Source: Alphaproteobacteria bacterium (lineage in GTDB: Bacteria > Pseudomonadota > Alphaproteobacteria > JAPOUT01 > G958296285). Taken from it: DNA of 64,000 nucleotides. Both the position numbers and the translations under genes were made by a program. Below the pieces are notes generated by a model, which did no database searches, was not told the origin of the DNA, and worked only from the letters and a program-made list of their open reading frames with translations. Shown here in pieces: positions 43,979 to 54,800 of this stretch (the stretch's first letter is position 1; every line of letters begins with the position of its first letter). The stretch spans positions 1,025,948 through 1,089,947 of the forward strand of contig CBDBUR010000002.1 of NCBI GenBank assembly GCA_965212115.1. Direction: 5' to 3'.

Positions 43979-45109
43979 CTACAAAAGATCATCAACGATG
44001 ATGTCTTTACTATCGGCGGGCAGGGAGATCAAAGTGCCGTCGCGTCCGAGTGTGATGTCGCCGTCGAAGGCGTCATCGGTGCCGCGCAGGAAGACGTCTT
44101 CGAGTCCGCTGAGCGGCAAAGGCGGCACGATATGATAATAGAGCAGGTGGCCGACATTGGCCTTCTGCGCGATTTGCGCCGCTTCGACCGGCGTGGTGTG
44201 GTAGTCGAGAATATCGGTCGTAATTTTGGCGAGTCTTTTGTTTCCGGCTTTTTGCGCCGCGCGGGTGATAATCTTGACGAGTTTTCTTGACAAAGCTTCA
44301 TGGACGAGCAGATCGACGTTTTGCGCGAAGGTTTCCATTTCGGGGATTTCTTTTGTATCGCCGCTGATGACGACCGAGCGGTTTTTATATTCGAATTTAT
44401 ATCCGACTGCTGGTTCGATCGGATCATGTGCGACGCGGAACACGGAAATTTTGACGCCCTCCTTGTTCCATATTGTGAGCATTTGTCGCGGCGGTGGTAG
44501 GGGGAAGGTCCGCGCGATCATGCCCGCGCCAGAAGGCGGGGCAATGTCGATGCCGTGATGCCCTGCGCGATAGCCGACATCAGCGCGATAGGCGAGATTA
44601 AGACCTTCGACGATCAGTTCGACACCTTTGGGCCCTAAAACGGGCAGGGGCGTTTTATGACCGGCATTGATCCAGCGCAATAGGGCCATTTCGCCGAGTC
44701 CGTCGATATGATCGGAGTGGAAATGGGTGAGCAGAAGGGCGTCAATGCGCCCGGGTGTCCAGCGCATGCGCGTGAGGTTGCGCGCGCCATTTGTGCCAGC
44801 GTCGATGATGAACATTTGCTTGCCCGCAATCACAGCGACACAAGGCCCTGACCTTTTATCATCGGGCAGAGGGCTGCCGGCACCGCAAAGGGCTATATGT
44901 AGTCCGTCATCGAGGCTGTCGATCGCATCGCTTGCGGTCATATTGCTGGCGATGACGCGCTCCATAATAAAGATCGCGATCGAGCCGCGAAAAAGAAAAA
45001 AGCCGCCAACTAGAGCTAAAATAACGACTAAAATTCCAGAAGCTGCTTTGGTAGCTGTTTTGGTAGCTGTTGTCATTTTCCTCTCCTTTTTATATTTATA
45101 TATAGCCAC
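43979..45109 (-). CDS. Membrane-anchored MBL-fold metallo-hydrolase
   Basis: 376 aa with an N-terminal TM helix ('ILVVILALVGGFFLF') and the metallo-beta-lactamase motif 'LLTHFHSDHIDGLGE'. Downstream His/Asp ligands are present. Confidence 0.7.
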   Translation of the reverse strand: MAIYKYKKERKMTTATKTATKAASGILVVILALVGGFFLFRGSIAIFIMERVIASNMTASDAIDSLDDGLHIALCGAGSPLPDDKRSGPCVAVIAGKQMFIIDAGTNGARNLTRMRWTPGRIDALLLTHFHSDHIDGLGEMALLRWINAGHKTPLPVLGPKGVELIVEGLNLAYRADVGYRAGHHGIDIAPPSGAGMIARTFPLPPPRQMLTIWNKEGVKISVFRVAHDPIEPAVGYKFEYKNRSVVISGDTKEIPEMETFAQNVDLLVHEALSRKLVKIITRAAQKAGNKRLAKITTDILDYHTTPVEAAQIAQKANVGHLLYYHIVPPLPLSGLEDVFLRGTDDAFDGDITLGRDGTLISLPADSKDIIVDDLL

Positions 45110-45114
45110 GTTGA

Positions 45115-45897
45115 TTATAGCGCAGCGCCAACATGGCCGCCATCAACAATGATGGTTGCGCCGGTCATATAGGCACCGGCGCGTGATGCGAGCAGCAAGA
45201 GCGGGCCGGTGAGTTCATCGAGCGCGCCGATGCGGTTCATCGGGATTCGCTGGATCATTTTAATGCCGCTCTCGCTGTCGAGGAAGTCGCTGCTGATGGC
45301 GGTGCGGAAATAGCCGGGCGCGAGCGCATTAACGCGAATATTATGCCGCGCCAATTCGATTGCGATTGTGCGGGTAAATTGTTTGACCCCGGCCTTAGCA
45401 GCGGCGTAGGAGGCGAGCATGAGGCCGGGACGCTCGGCGAGAATCGACGAAATGTTAATGATCGCACCGCCGCTTTTGGCTCTGATCATTCTGTTGGAGG
45501 CTTCTTTAGAGACCCGCCACACGGCGCTGAGATTAGTTTCGATGACATCGTGCCATTCCTCTTCGCAGAGAAGCTGCGCGAAATTGTTGCGCGCCAGGCC
45601 GGCATTATTGATAATGATCGTCGGCATGGAGAGGGTCTGCTCGGCTTCGTCGAAGGCGCTGCGGATGCTTCGGGCGTTTTTGACGTCGGTCTGGATGGCG
45701 ATGGCTTTTTGGTCGGTTGCGGCGCTGATTTTTTCAGCCTGATCTCTGATCTGGTCTAAGCGGCGAGCAGCAAGCACGACATCAGCGCCCGCCTGCGCGA
45801 GCACATGGGCGAAATGTGCGCCGAGCCCGCTCGATGCACCAGTAATGAAGGCCGTTTGCCCCTTCAGATCAAACAAATCGCTAATCGCATTATTCAT
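45115..45897 (-). CDS. Short-chain dehydrogenase/reductase (SDR)
   Basis: 260 aa with 'TGASSGLGAHFA' cofactor binding, 'NNAG' and a catalytic Tyr...Lys ('YAAAKAG'). Confidence 0.85.
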   Translation of the reverse strand: MNNAISDLFDLKGQTAFITGASSGLGAHFAHVLAQAGADVVLAARRLDQIRDQAEKISAATDQKAIAIQTDVKNARSIRSAFDEAEQTLSMPTIIINNAGLARNNFAQLLCEEEWHDVIETNLSAVWRVSKEASNRMIRAKSGGAIINISSILAERPGLMLASYAAAKAGVKQFTRTIAIELARHNIRVNALAPGYFRTAISSDFLDSESGIKMIQRIPMNRIGALDELTGPLLLLASRAGAYMTGATIIVDGGHVGAAL

Positions 45898-45936
45898 GGA
45901 TACCCCCTATTTTGCGGTTTCATGCTAAAAGAGATT

Positions 45937-47997
45937 ATGGCCAAGATAAACCCTATCTTTTGCATTTTGCCTCTTTTGGTTTTGTTGATATCAGGGGCGC
46001 AAGCGGGGTCGTGGCGTGAGAGCGACAATCATCGGTTTCGGGTTTTTTTGGGCTCCTATGACGAAGAACGGCTTTATGGAGGGTTTGCGTTTGAGTTGAA
46101 GGGCAATTGGAAGACCTATTGGAAAAATGCCGGTGATGCGGGTCTTCCGCTCAAACTGCGTAAAGCGAGCTCAGATGTTATGATTCACTGGCCTTCGCCG
46201 CGGCGGTTTTTTTATCAAGATGGCCTTTATTCCTATGTCTATGACAAGCAGGTGGTGATCCCTTTTTCTTTCCCTCATCCCAATTCCGGTAAAGGTGTGA
46301 AGCTGAGAATAATCGGGGAATATTCGGTCTGTGATGTTTTATGCGTTCCCTATACTTTTGACGAGACGCTTGAGATTCCGGTTGCGGCGCGGCGCGCTGA
46401 CGAGGATCAATCGATTCGACACGCGCTTGGCGAGATGCCAAAGAACGTCGCCCAAGATGATGCGCTTGATGTTGTTCTCGCGGCGGATCGCAACATTATC
46501 AATGTGTCATTTCGCGCGCAGCAGCTTGGCGCGGTGCGCGATGTGATGATCGATGGCGGTGATCTCTCTTTGCGCGCGCCAAAAATCATCGCTGATGGGG
46601 ATAAAGTTTCGGCTTTGTTTGATTATCAGGCTTTTTCAAAGAAACAAACAAGATCGCCGCTAGAAAACATCACTCAAGAGATCAAAACGATTCTTGTGCA
46701 AACGGATCGCGGGACGTTTCAGATTTTTGGCGCCGCGCCGACGACGATAACGCCTGCCGCGCCTGAAATGATGTTGTGGTCGTTTATTTTGATTTTGGCA
46801 TCGGCGTTTTTGGGCGGTTTGATTCTCAATATCATGCCGTGCGTTTTGCCGGTGATATCTTTGAAGCTGGCGCAGATGACGCTGCCTGCGGCGTCATTGA
46901 GTCTGCGCGCGCAATTAGGGTGGACGGTTTTTGGCATTTTGCTGTCGTTTGTTTTGCTCGCGGCGATTGTTTATGTGCTGCAGCAGGCGGGCGAGATTGT
47001 CGGCTGGGGTTTTCATTTTCAGCAGCCGGTTTTTGTTTTGTTGATGATGAGCGTCTTGTTGTTTTTTGCATTTGCACAACTGGGATTTTTGCGCTTGGGA
47101 TTTGCGTCGAGTGTACAGGGCGGAATCAACCAATGGCTCGATCGATTTCAGCCGGATCGCCCTGCGTTTCATATTTTTTATGGCGGGGTGATCGCTTTGC
47201 TGGCGACTCCGTGCACGGCGCCTTTTTTAGGCAGCGCGGTGGGGTTTGCGCTGACGCAATCTTTTGCGGTGATTTTGCTGGTTTTTGTGTCGATTGGATT
47301 GGGTCTCGCGGTGCCGCTTTTGATTTTGTTGGCATGGCCAGGATGGGCAAATGACGGCAGCGGGCACGGCTTACGGGCATCGCGCTGGACGGTTTATGTA
47401 AGGAATTTTGCGGCGATTTTGCTCTATGGCTCGGCGCTGTGGCTGCTGTGGGTTTCGTCGGGACAATTAGGTCTTGGCTGGGCGCTCGGTTTTTTTGTGA
47501 CGCTTCACGCGGCGTTGCTGATCTTGGCGCTCGCCGACAGGCGGGCCGCGCGTTATGCGGCGGCGGGGATAATTTTTGCGGTGGTTGTTTCACCGCTGGC
47601 TTTGCCGTCGAGTCCGATAGTAGCGCGTGTGGTCGAAGATGACGGATTGGTCTGGCATATTTTCAGCGAAGCGGAGTTCAAGACGCAAAGACAAAAAGGC
47701 AAGATTGTATTTATTGATATTTCAGCCGATTGGTGTTTGAGCTGCCAATATAACAAAGCAAATGTCTTGCTCGATGACGAAGTGCGGACAGCTTTGGGCA
47801 GCGCGGATGTCTATTTGATGTCGGGTGATTTAACGAAGGTCAATGATAAGATCACGAGTTTCATTCGCAAAGAGGGGCGCGGCGGGATCCCGTTCAACGG
47901 ATTTTATGGCCGCGCGCGCAAAGAAATTCTTAGCGAGATTTTAAGCAAGAAAGCTTTGCTGAAGAGTCTGGAAGCGATCAGGGCGAATAATTATTAA
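45937..47997 (+). CDS. DsbD/ScsB-type transmembrane thiol:disulfide reductase
   Basis: About 687 aa. Signal peptide, an N-terminal periplasmic domain ('KGNWKTYWKNAGDAGL'), a polytopic core with the conserved Cys/Pro segment ('MPCVLPVISLKL') and a C-terminal thioredoxin domain with 'DWCLSCQ' (CxxC). The start is set at the SD-preceded ATG; the track ORF starts at 45805. Confidence 0.75.
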   Translation: MAKINPIFCILPLLVLLISGAQAGSWRESDNHRFRVFLGSYDEERLYGGFAFELKGNWKTYWKNAGDAGLPLKLRKASSDVMIHWPSPRRFFYQDGLYSYVYDKQVVIPFSFPHPNSGKGVKLRIIGEYSVCDVLCVPYTFDETLEIPVAARRADEDQSIRHALGEMPKNVAQDDALDVVLAADRNIINVSFRAQQLGAVRDVMIDGGDLSLRAPKIIADGDKVSALFDYQAFSKKQTRSPLENITQEIKTILVQTDRGTFQIFGAAPTTITPAAPEMMLWSFILILASAFLGGLILNIMPCVLPVISLKLAQMTLPAASLSLRAQLGWTVFGILLSFVLLAAIVYVLQQAGEIVGWGFHFQQPVFVLLMMSVLLFFAFAQLGFLRLGFASSVQGGINQWLDRFQPDRPAFHIFYGGVIALLATPCTAPFLGSAVGFALTQSFAVILLVFVSIGLGLAVPLLILLAWPGWANDGSGHGLRASRWTVYVRNFAAILLYGSALWLLWVSSGQLGLGWALGFFVTLHAALLILALADRRAARYAAAGIIFAVVVSPLALPSSPIVARVVEDDGLVWHIFSEAEFKTQRQKGKIVFIDISADWCLSCQYNKANVLLDDEVRTALGSADVYLMSGDLTKVNDKITSFIRKEGRGGIPFNGFYGRARKEILSEILSKKALLKSLEAIRANNY

Positions 47998-48730
47998 GCG
48001 ACCAGTCATAATCGAGGTGGCTGTTGATGGATGTCTGCTTTGGCAGGTCGGGTTTATATTTTTGGACGAACCGGATGATGTCTTTTTGCGTTCCGAAATC
48101 TTGGGCAAACCACTTAAAAATTTGCGACAGGTTGATCCCGTCGGGAGATGCGTTGACGCCTTTGCGCTTATTGTTGAGGAAAGCGCGGGTTTGGTCGTCG
48201 AGCTGCTGGTTGAGTTTTTTAGCGTTGTAGGGTTCGCGCCTGAGGTCGGGGCAAGAGAGTGAAGCGCACACGATGGCCATATGGATTCGCGGATCGCCCA
48301 TAGGTCTGAGGATTTTATGCTCAATATGGTCGAGGGTGATGGACTGGCCGTTAATGTTCCAGCGATGGATCACCCAAGGCGATCGCCACCATGAGCCGAG
48401 GTTTTTAATTGTTTCGCGCTCGGCCTTTTTGATGATGAGGTCAATGGTGAGGAGGTTGTAAGCATTGATCCAGAAGGCCATTTTCTGACGACCTTTAAGG
48501 CGCGCGGTATCGGCCTTGAGGATTTTATTCATAGCTTTTTTGTGGAGAGGGTTTTTTGCCCAGAGGTCATAGTTGATGAGGTTTGCCGGGATGTTATTTT
48601 TTTTGCCCTTCACGACGTATTGAGCGAGGAGTTTTTGATAAGGGTCGAGGCTGTCGGTTTCTGCGGTGACGTGGCTTGAGAGACCGCCCGCTAGCAAAAC
48701 GAGAAAGAACAAAAGAGGGTTAAAGTTCAT
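47978..48730 (-). CDS. Exported DUF547-family protein
   Basis: 250 aa with a signal peptide ('MNFNPLLFFLVLLAGGLSSHVTA'). The central 'FWINAYNLLTIDLII...CASLSCP' block is characteristic of DUF547. Convergent, and slightly overlapping, with the dsbD-like gene. Confidence 0.55.
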   Translation of the reverse strand: MNFNPLLFFLVLLAGGLSSHVTAETDSLDPYQKLLAQYVVKGKKNNIPANLINYDLWAKNPLHKKAMNKILKADTARLKGRQKMAFWINAYNLLTIDLIIKKAERETIKNLGSWWRSPWVIHRWNINGQSITLDHIEHKILRPMGDPRIHMAIVCASLSCPDLRREPYNAKKLNQQLDDQTRAFLNNKRKGVNASPDGINLSQIFKWFAQDFGTQKDIIRFVQKYKPDLPKQTSINSHLDYDWSLNNYSP

Positions 48731-48898
48731 GGTAACGCCTTATATTAAAATATATTACAGCCTATATGGCAGATGGTCTTGCTGTTTGATAAAAAGCCTC
48801 CAATTTTTTGAGCTTGATAGAATTTTCTTGACTTATAAATGAATAGAAGGCAACAATAAAAAAGGATAGTAGATGTTTAACGGGTGTTTTATTAACAG

Positions 48899-51800
48899 GT
48901 GAATAAAAAGGGAGTTTCCTGCGTTTTGCGAAATTATAGAGCGAGACTGTCGGCGCGCTTTTTCGCCGTTTTTGTAGGTATTTCTGCATTGACTGTAGGG
49001 TCAATAGCGGCAGCTGGCCCTCAGGGGGGCCGGATCACGCAAGGGCAAGGCCGCATCGAGCAGATCGGTAGCCACACCGACATTCGCCAAAACAGCGACT
49101 TTCTTGCGACGCAATGGCAGAATTTTGACATTGGCGCCAATGAGAGCGCGCAGGCTCATCAGCCGAGTGCGTCCTCGCGGCTGCTGATCCGCGTCGATGG
49201 CGCAGGAGCGACGAATATCGCCGGAAGTTATACCTCCAACGGCATCACGATCATAGAGAATCAAAACGGCGTCCAGTTTAGTCGCGGTGCTGTCGTTAAT
49301 GTCGGCGGCCTGCTCGCGACAAGCGCGCGGATTTCGGGTGTTGCAGGGTCGAAATGGACGCTTGATGGAATAGGCGGCGCGGTTGTCAATCACGGGACGA
49401 TCACGGCAGGAGCAGGCGGCGCGGTTCTCGCGGCGGTTCGGGTAGAAAATACCGGCGAGATCACTTCAAACGGCGGCGATGTTGCGCTCGGGGCAGGCGA
49501 GGCCTTTACAGTAGATTTTGCTGGAGGTCTTGTCGGATTTGAGGTCAAAAAAGGCGCGGCAGGTGCAGCACTTGTCAATGAAGGACGAGTTGAAGCGCAA
49601 GGCGGGGTTGTAAAACTCACGGCGCAGGAAGCGCAAGCAGTTCGGGCGAATGTCGTGTCGGTTGGCGGCGTTGTCAAGGCGACGAAGCTGGAGCGTCGCG
49701 GCGGTGTTGTGTATCTTTCGGGCGGCGGCGAAGGGATCAATGAAGTGTCGGGCGCGGTTGAGGCCGATGAAAAGGTTGAAGCGACCGGCAAATATGTTGT
49801 GGTGAAAAGCGGGGCGCAAGTCAAAGCGCCGGAGATTCTCGTTGGTGGTGATTATCAAGGCAAAGGCCCGGTACCGACGGCTTTGCGCACCTTTGTTGAG
49901 CCCGACGCGCTGCTCGATGCCGGAGATAAGGGCCGAGTGATTGTGTGGGCGGATGAGACGACATGGTTTCATGGTCGGCTCAGCGCGCCTGGAGGTTTTG
50001 CGGAGGTTTCGGGCAAAGTGAATCTCGCGGCGGTCAATCTGGCGGGGATCGATGTCGGCACACTGTTGCTTGATCCTAGCACGATCACCATTACAAATGC
50101 TGGAGGAGGAGTAGTCTCTGTAGGTGGACCTGATAATATTTTCAATACTGGTGAGGGCAACAATGTTTTGGTTGCATCAGATACTATTTCAACAGTGCCG
50201 TTAATGATTAGTAATAGCTCATTCAATGATCTCGCTGAGGGCACGACAGTTATTCTGGCAGCGGTTCAAAGTATTCTAGTCACTGCGCCCATCTCGACGA
50301 CCAACAATATCAATCTAACTTTGATAGCTGAAAGCTCTCCGAGCACAAACAACATCGAGCTTAGAGCCAACATCAATATTGGCAGCGGCACTTTGACCCT
50401 CAGTTCAGGAGTCATCAATGCTTTTGGCGCTCGCACACTGACAGCGGGTGTCATTAATATAGAATTTACGCGCGCGAGTTCTGTGGACATAGCTAGTGGA
50501 TTCAATAATACTTTTGCCTCTCTCACCTTTGCGAACACTGTCGTGCCGACATATACCTTTCAGCCTCTTAGGTGTGTTTCGGGCACCGCTTGCAACTTGA
50601 CTGTGTCGGTCGGGCAAACGATTGCCGCCACTTTAGATGCAGGAACTGCGGCCATTACGATTGCCGCAGGGTCTTTAGCTCTTACGTCGGCGAGCTTTGT
50701 GGACGCTGATGGCGGCACGGACGGCCCGATCAGCATCAGTGGCGCAGGCGTTTCGATTACCGCGGGCTCCATTGATACCGAAGGGCGCAATTTGACCATC
50801 AACGCCAGCACGGGCTCTTTGACCTTGACCCTCGCTAGCATCGGCGTCGGGGAGGGCGATTTGAGCATGACGGCGAATGATATCTCGGCGACTACGCTCG
50901 CGCTGACAGCCGCCTCCATCGCGATCACGCTGACAGACGACAGCGATATAAATGTTGGTCTGGGCGGTGTCACCTATGACGGAGATACAAGCCCGACAAT
51001 CACTCTTCCCAGAACCATCACCTTGTCGAGGAATAACTCGATCATCATCAATGCGCCGGGTGCCAACGTGGAATTCGATTCTAGCGGCGACATCACAATC
51101 GGGAGAAATAATTTTACGGGCATTGACAAGGTTGAGATTACCGCTACTTCTCTCCTGACCCAAGGCCGGAATTTGACGATTGCAACCACCCGCGGCGTAG
51201 TCAACTCGATTGTCTTGAACGCTGACATTAACACCACCGCCTCTAGCGGCACGGCAAGGGGCGATATGCTATTTTCAACTAGAAATCTTAGCATAGCTGG
51301 CAGTGCGGCAGGCGAAACGCGCAACTTAGTGGCTGATGACATCACGTTTAATCTCGGACTGGGTATAAACAACGGAACGTTTGACGCCTCAACATCAACA
51401 TTTACGGAGTCATCTACAGAATTCAACGGGATAGGGCCAGAAGATGATGTGCTGGTAGATAATACCAACTTCAATGTTGATGCCAGCGGCACATTGCTCT
51501 CGATTACCACGGCGTTCGGGTTGAATTTTAATGCCGGCGATTTCACTGCGGAGGCTGGCAAGATTCAGCTTGCTCGCCGTACAAGGACAGGCGACAGCGT
51601 TCTTTTGCAACTGTCAGCCACAAACATCACGCTCAGGTCGAACGCGGAGGATGACGCCAACAAGCTCATTGAGGTCGGCTTTGCTGATGACAACAATGTA
51701 TTTACTCGCAATAATAGTGAAGACGATAATGTTGATTTACAGATTGTCGCTTTTAGCGGCGGCGTTATAACACTGGGTGCCAATATCAATGCTGGCACAG

Positions 51801-54800
51801 GCGATATAGAATTAGGGGAGCTCGATGGGACAGGTATTGAAATTATCTCTGATGATGGGCTGGCGCTGACACTCACAGCTGGCAATATAACTATCCATAA
51901 CTCATTTGAAGCGGGCTTGGGCACAGTCGGCGGCGCGGGCACAGCTCTCACCATCAATGCGACAGACATTTTGACTCTTCGGGAAGATATCTCAACAGGC
52001 CTTTCGAGGATTGACCTCAATATAGGGGGCATCAGCGCCTTCGGGTCGCGCACTATCGATGTGCACCGCGCAGACGGCACCATCAATCTTGTCTTTACGA
52101 GCCAGGCGACCCTCAGCGCCGCAGATCCCAATACGAATATCAGCAACATCAGGTTTCGGCGGGGGGCGGCGGCAGATTCACTGACATCTATCAATGTGAC
52201 GCCGACCTATCCTGATCCGTTTAGGGCCTGCACGGCACAAGCAGGCGGCGCTGCCGCATGCGCGTTGAGAAGCCTGGTCGGCGCGGGGCTGCAGGCTGTC
52301 CGGACTTTAAGCGCGACAGTCAGCATCCAGATCAATGTTGACGGCGATTTGACCTTTGCTGCTGGCACAGGCGCAATCACGATCACCGCGCCGACGGTTC
52401 AAATTACTGCCGCCAACATCGACACCTCAAACCGCGATTTGACCATCACTGCCGACACGGGCTCTTTGACCTTGAACGCTGATGTCAATACTGGCACGGG
52501 CGCGCTTGCGCTGACAAGCGCGCTGATCCAAATCGCAGGCACGACAGGCACAGAGCGCGTTTTGATGAGCACGGCAGGCGACATCACGATCACCTCCGCC
52601 GCCAATGTCCTCAGCGGCACATTTGACGGCACTGATTTTACGCAGGCGGATGTTCCTGTCAGCATCACCGCCACCACCAGCGGCAATTTGAACTTGAACG
52701 CGGACATCAATCTCGGCAAGGGCAGCACGCTCACTTTGGAGGGCATGCAGATCGTGCCGATGAAGTCTCTGAAATTAACGTCGGGAGACATGGAGCTGAC
52801 CGGCGTGGTCATGAGCGCAAATGATGTGAGTTTCACGATTGATGCCGGAAGCGACGAAGAAGGCCTTTTGACTCTCAATAATGACATCTCTCTTGCCGCA
52901 GGCGGGCTGAGTGTGAGGGCAGGAACAATTGATGTGACAACCGCCATAACTGTGACAGTGGCTTCAAAGGACAGAGTGTCATTCACCTTCACCAATGAGG
53001 ACGTCAGGACTTTTTCGGATTTGCCCACTTATCCGGGTAATGTCACTTTTGTTGCAACAAATGGAGACATGATTGCCGCCGGGTTGATTACCATGTTTGA
53101 CAATGAGCCACTAACAGAGTGCTCAAGCACACCAGCGACGTGCACACTCATGAGTTCAGGCGATGACGAAGATTTTGAGGCGGCGGCGGCTCTAACGGCG
53201 TCGGCCAGCCTGACGATCATGGTTCCCGGCGGCATATTGACCTTTGCGGCAGGAGAAATCGTGCTTGACGCGCCGACGATTACAATCACTGCGACGAGCA
53301 TTGATTTGAATGGCCGCGCGCTGAAGGTCATCGTCTCTGGCGGCACTTTAACGCTCACCGCGAACATTGTCGATGCGGGCGCGATCAATGTGGGCATAAC
53401 TGACGGCGGCGGCAATGCGGCGATCGCTTTCATGGGTGCCAATCGCTCAATCACAGGCATGAGCGACATAGCTGTCAGCATTTCGGCGAGTTCGATCACA
53501 ACGAACGGCAATAACAATCTCACTATTCAAACTTCGGGAAGCGGCGATTTTGATTTAACCATCTCCGCCAATATCAATGCTGGCACCGGGGCGCTGAGGC
53601 TGATCTCAACCGGCGGCGAGATCGTCAATGGCGGCACCGCCCCGATGCTGACTGCGGCAGGCACAACGCTCGAGCAAAAAGCTTTATTTGGCGCGACGGC
53701 GGCCTTTGTGTTTGAAGCTGCCACCACAGGGCTGACGCTCAAGACCGGCTCGATTTCAGCCGGTGCAGGCGCAAATCAGGATGTTTTAGATTGGATGCTT
53801 GGCTTTAGCAGAGGCCTAACCCTTGAGGCGACCGGCGGCAGCATAACGATTGCAACCGCGATCACGTTCGGGGAAGAGACAAATGTGCAGCCGCGTGATG
53901 TTGGTGATAGCAACCTCAGGTTTGTTGTCAGCGCCGATGACAGCAGCTTGATCCTCAATGCAGACATTCGGACTGGAGGCACTCTCACTTTGGAGGGGCC
54001 GACTGGCACGTCTACTATAGGGGAGGAAGGCGGCATCATTCTTGGCTCTAGTCTCACCTTGTTAAGGGGAGACAAAAATGTCTCGCTGACGGTGGTCGGG
54101 GACGGCAATATCGCCGTCGCTTCGGGTAATGTCGACCTTCTCATCAATGCGACAATTTTTAGCTCTAGCTCGGTAGAGATTTCAGTTGAAGATGGCAATT
54201 TTGATGTCGGCACGGGGGGTTCTTTAGAGCTGAGATCCACTAGCGACATTTCTATCACGAGAACCGGCGCTGACGCTGGTTCTCTTGTTCCTTTTGTTGC
54301 GGCGTCGTTCACGTTCCGAAAATTTTCTCCTTTTGACAACAATCCTTTAGTCGCATTTCCTGCAACCTTCACCTCGCTGACTATCGCTACTAGTCAAAAC
54401 GCCGATCAAACAGTCCATAACTGGATGATTAACACAAATGCCAATTTAACGATTAGAGGCAACGGCAATACCATTGTGGATGCGGCCATCATATCTACGG
54501 GAGCCAGCGCGCGCTCCATCGGCAGCGGCAGCCTCGATTTTCAAGGTAGCAACATCATTCTCAACGCAGACATCACCACTACCGGAGCGATCACCTTGAA
54601 TAGCGCGACAATCGAATTCGATGCAGCTCGCACGCTCACGGGCGGCGCGGTTTCTCTCGGCGGCGCTATCGATGAATCGGTTGGTAATTTTGCCCTCACC
54701 GTCAACGCAAGCGCCGCTTTGACGATCAATAACAATATCAATACCGGCTCCGGCGACCTCAACTTGACCGGCACGACCATCAGTTTCGACGAGGCGCGCA

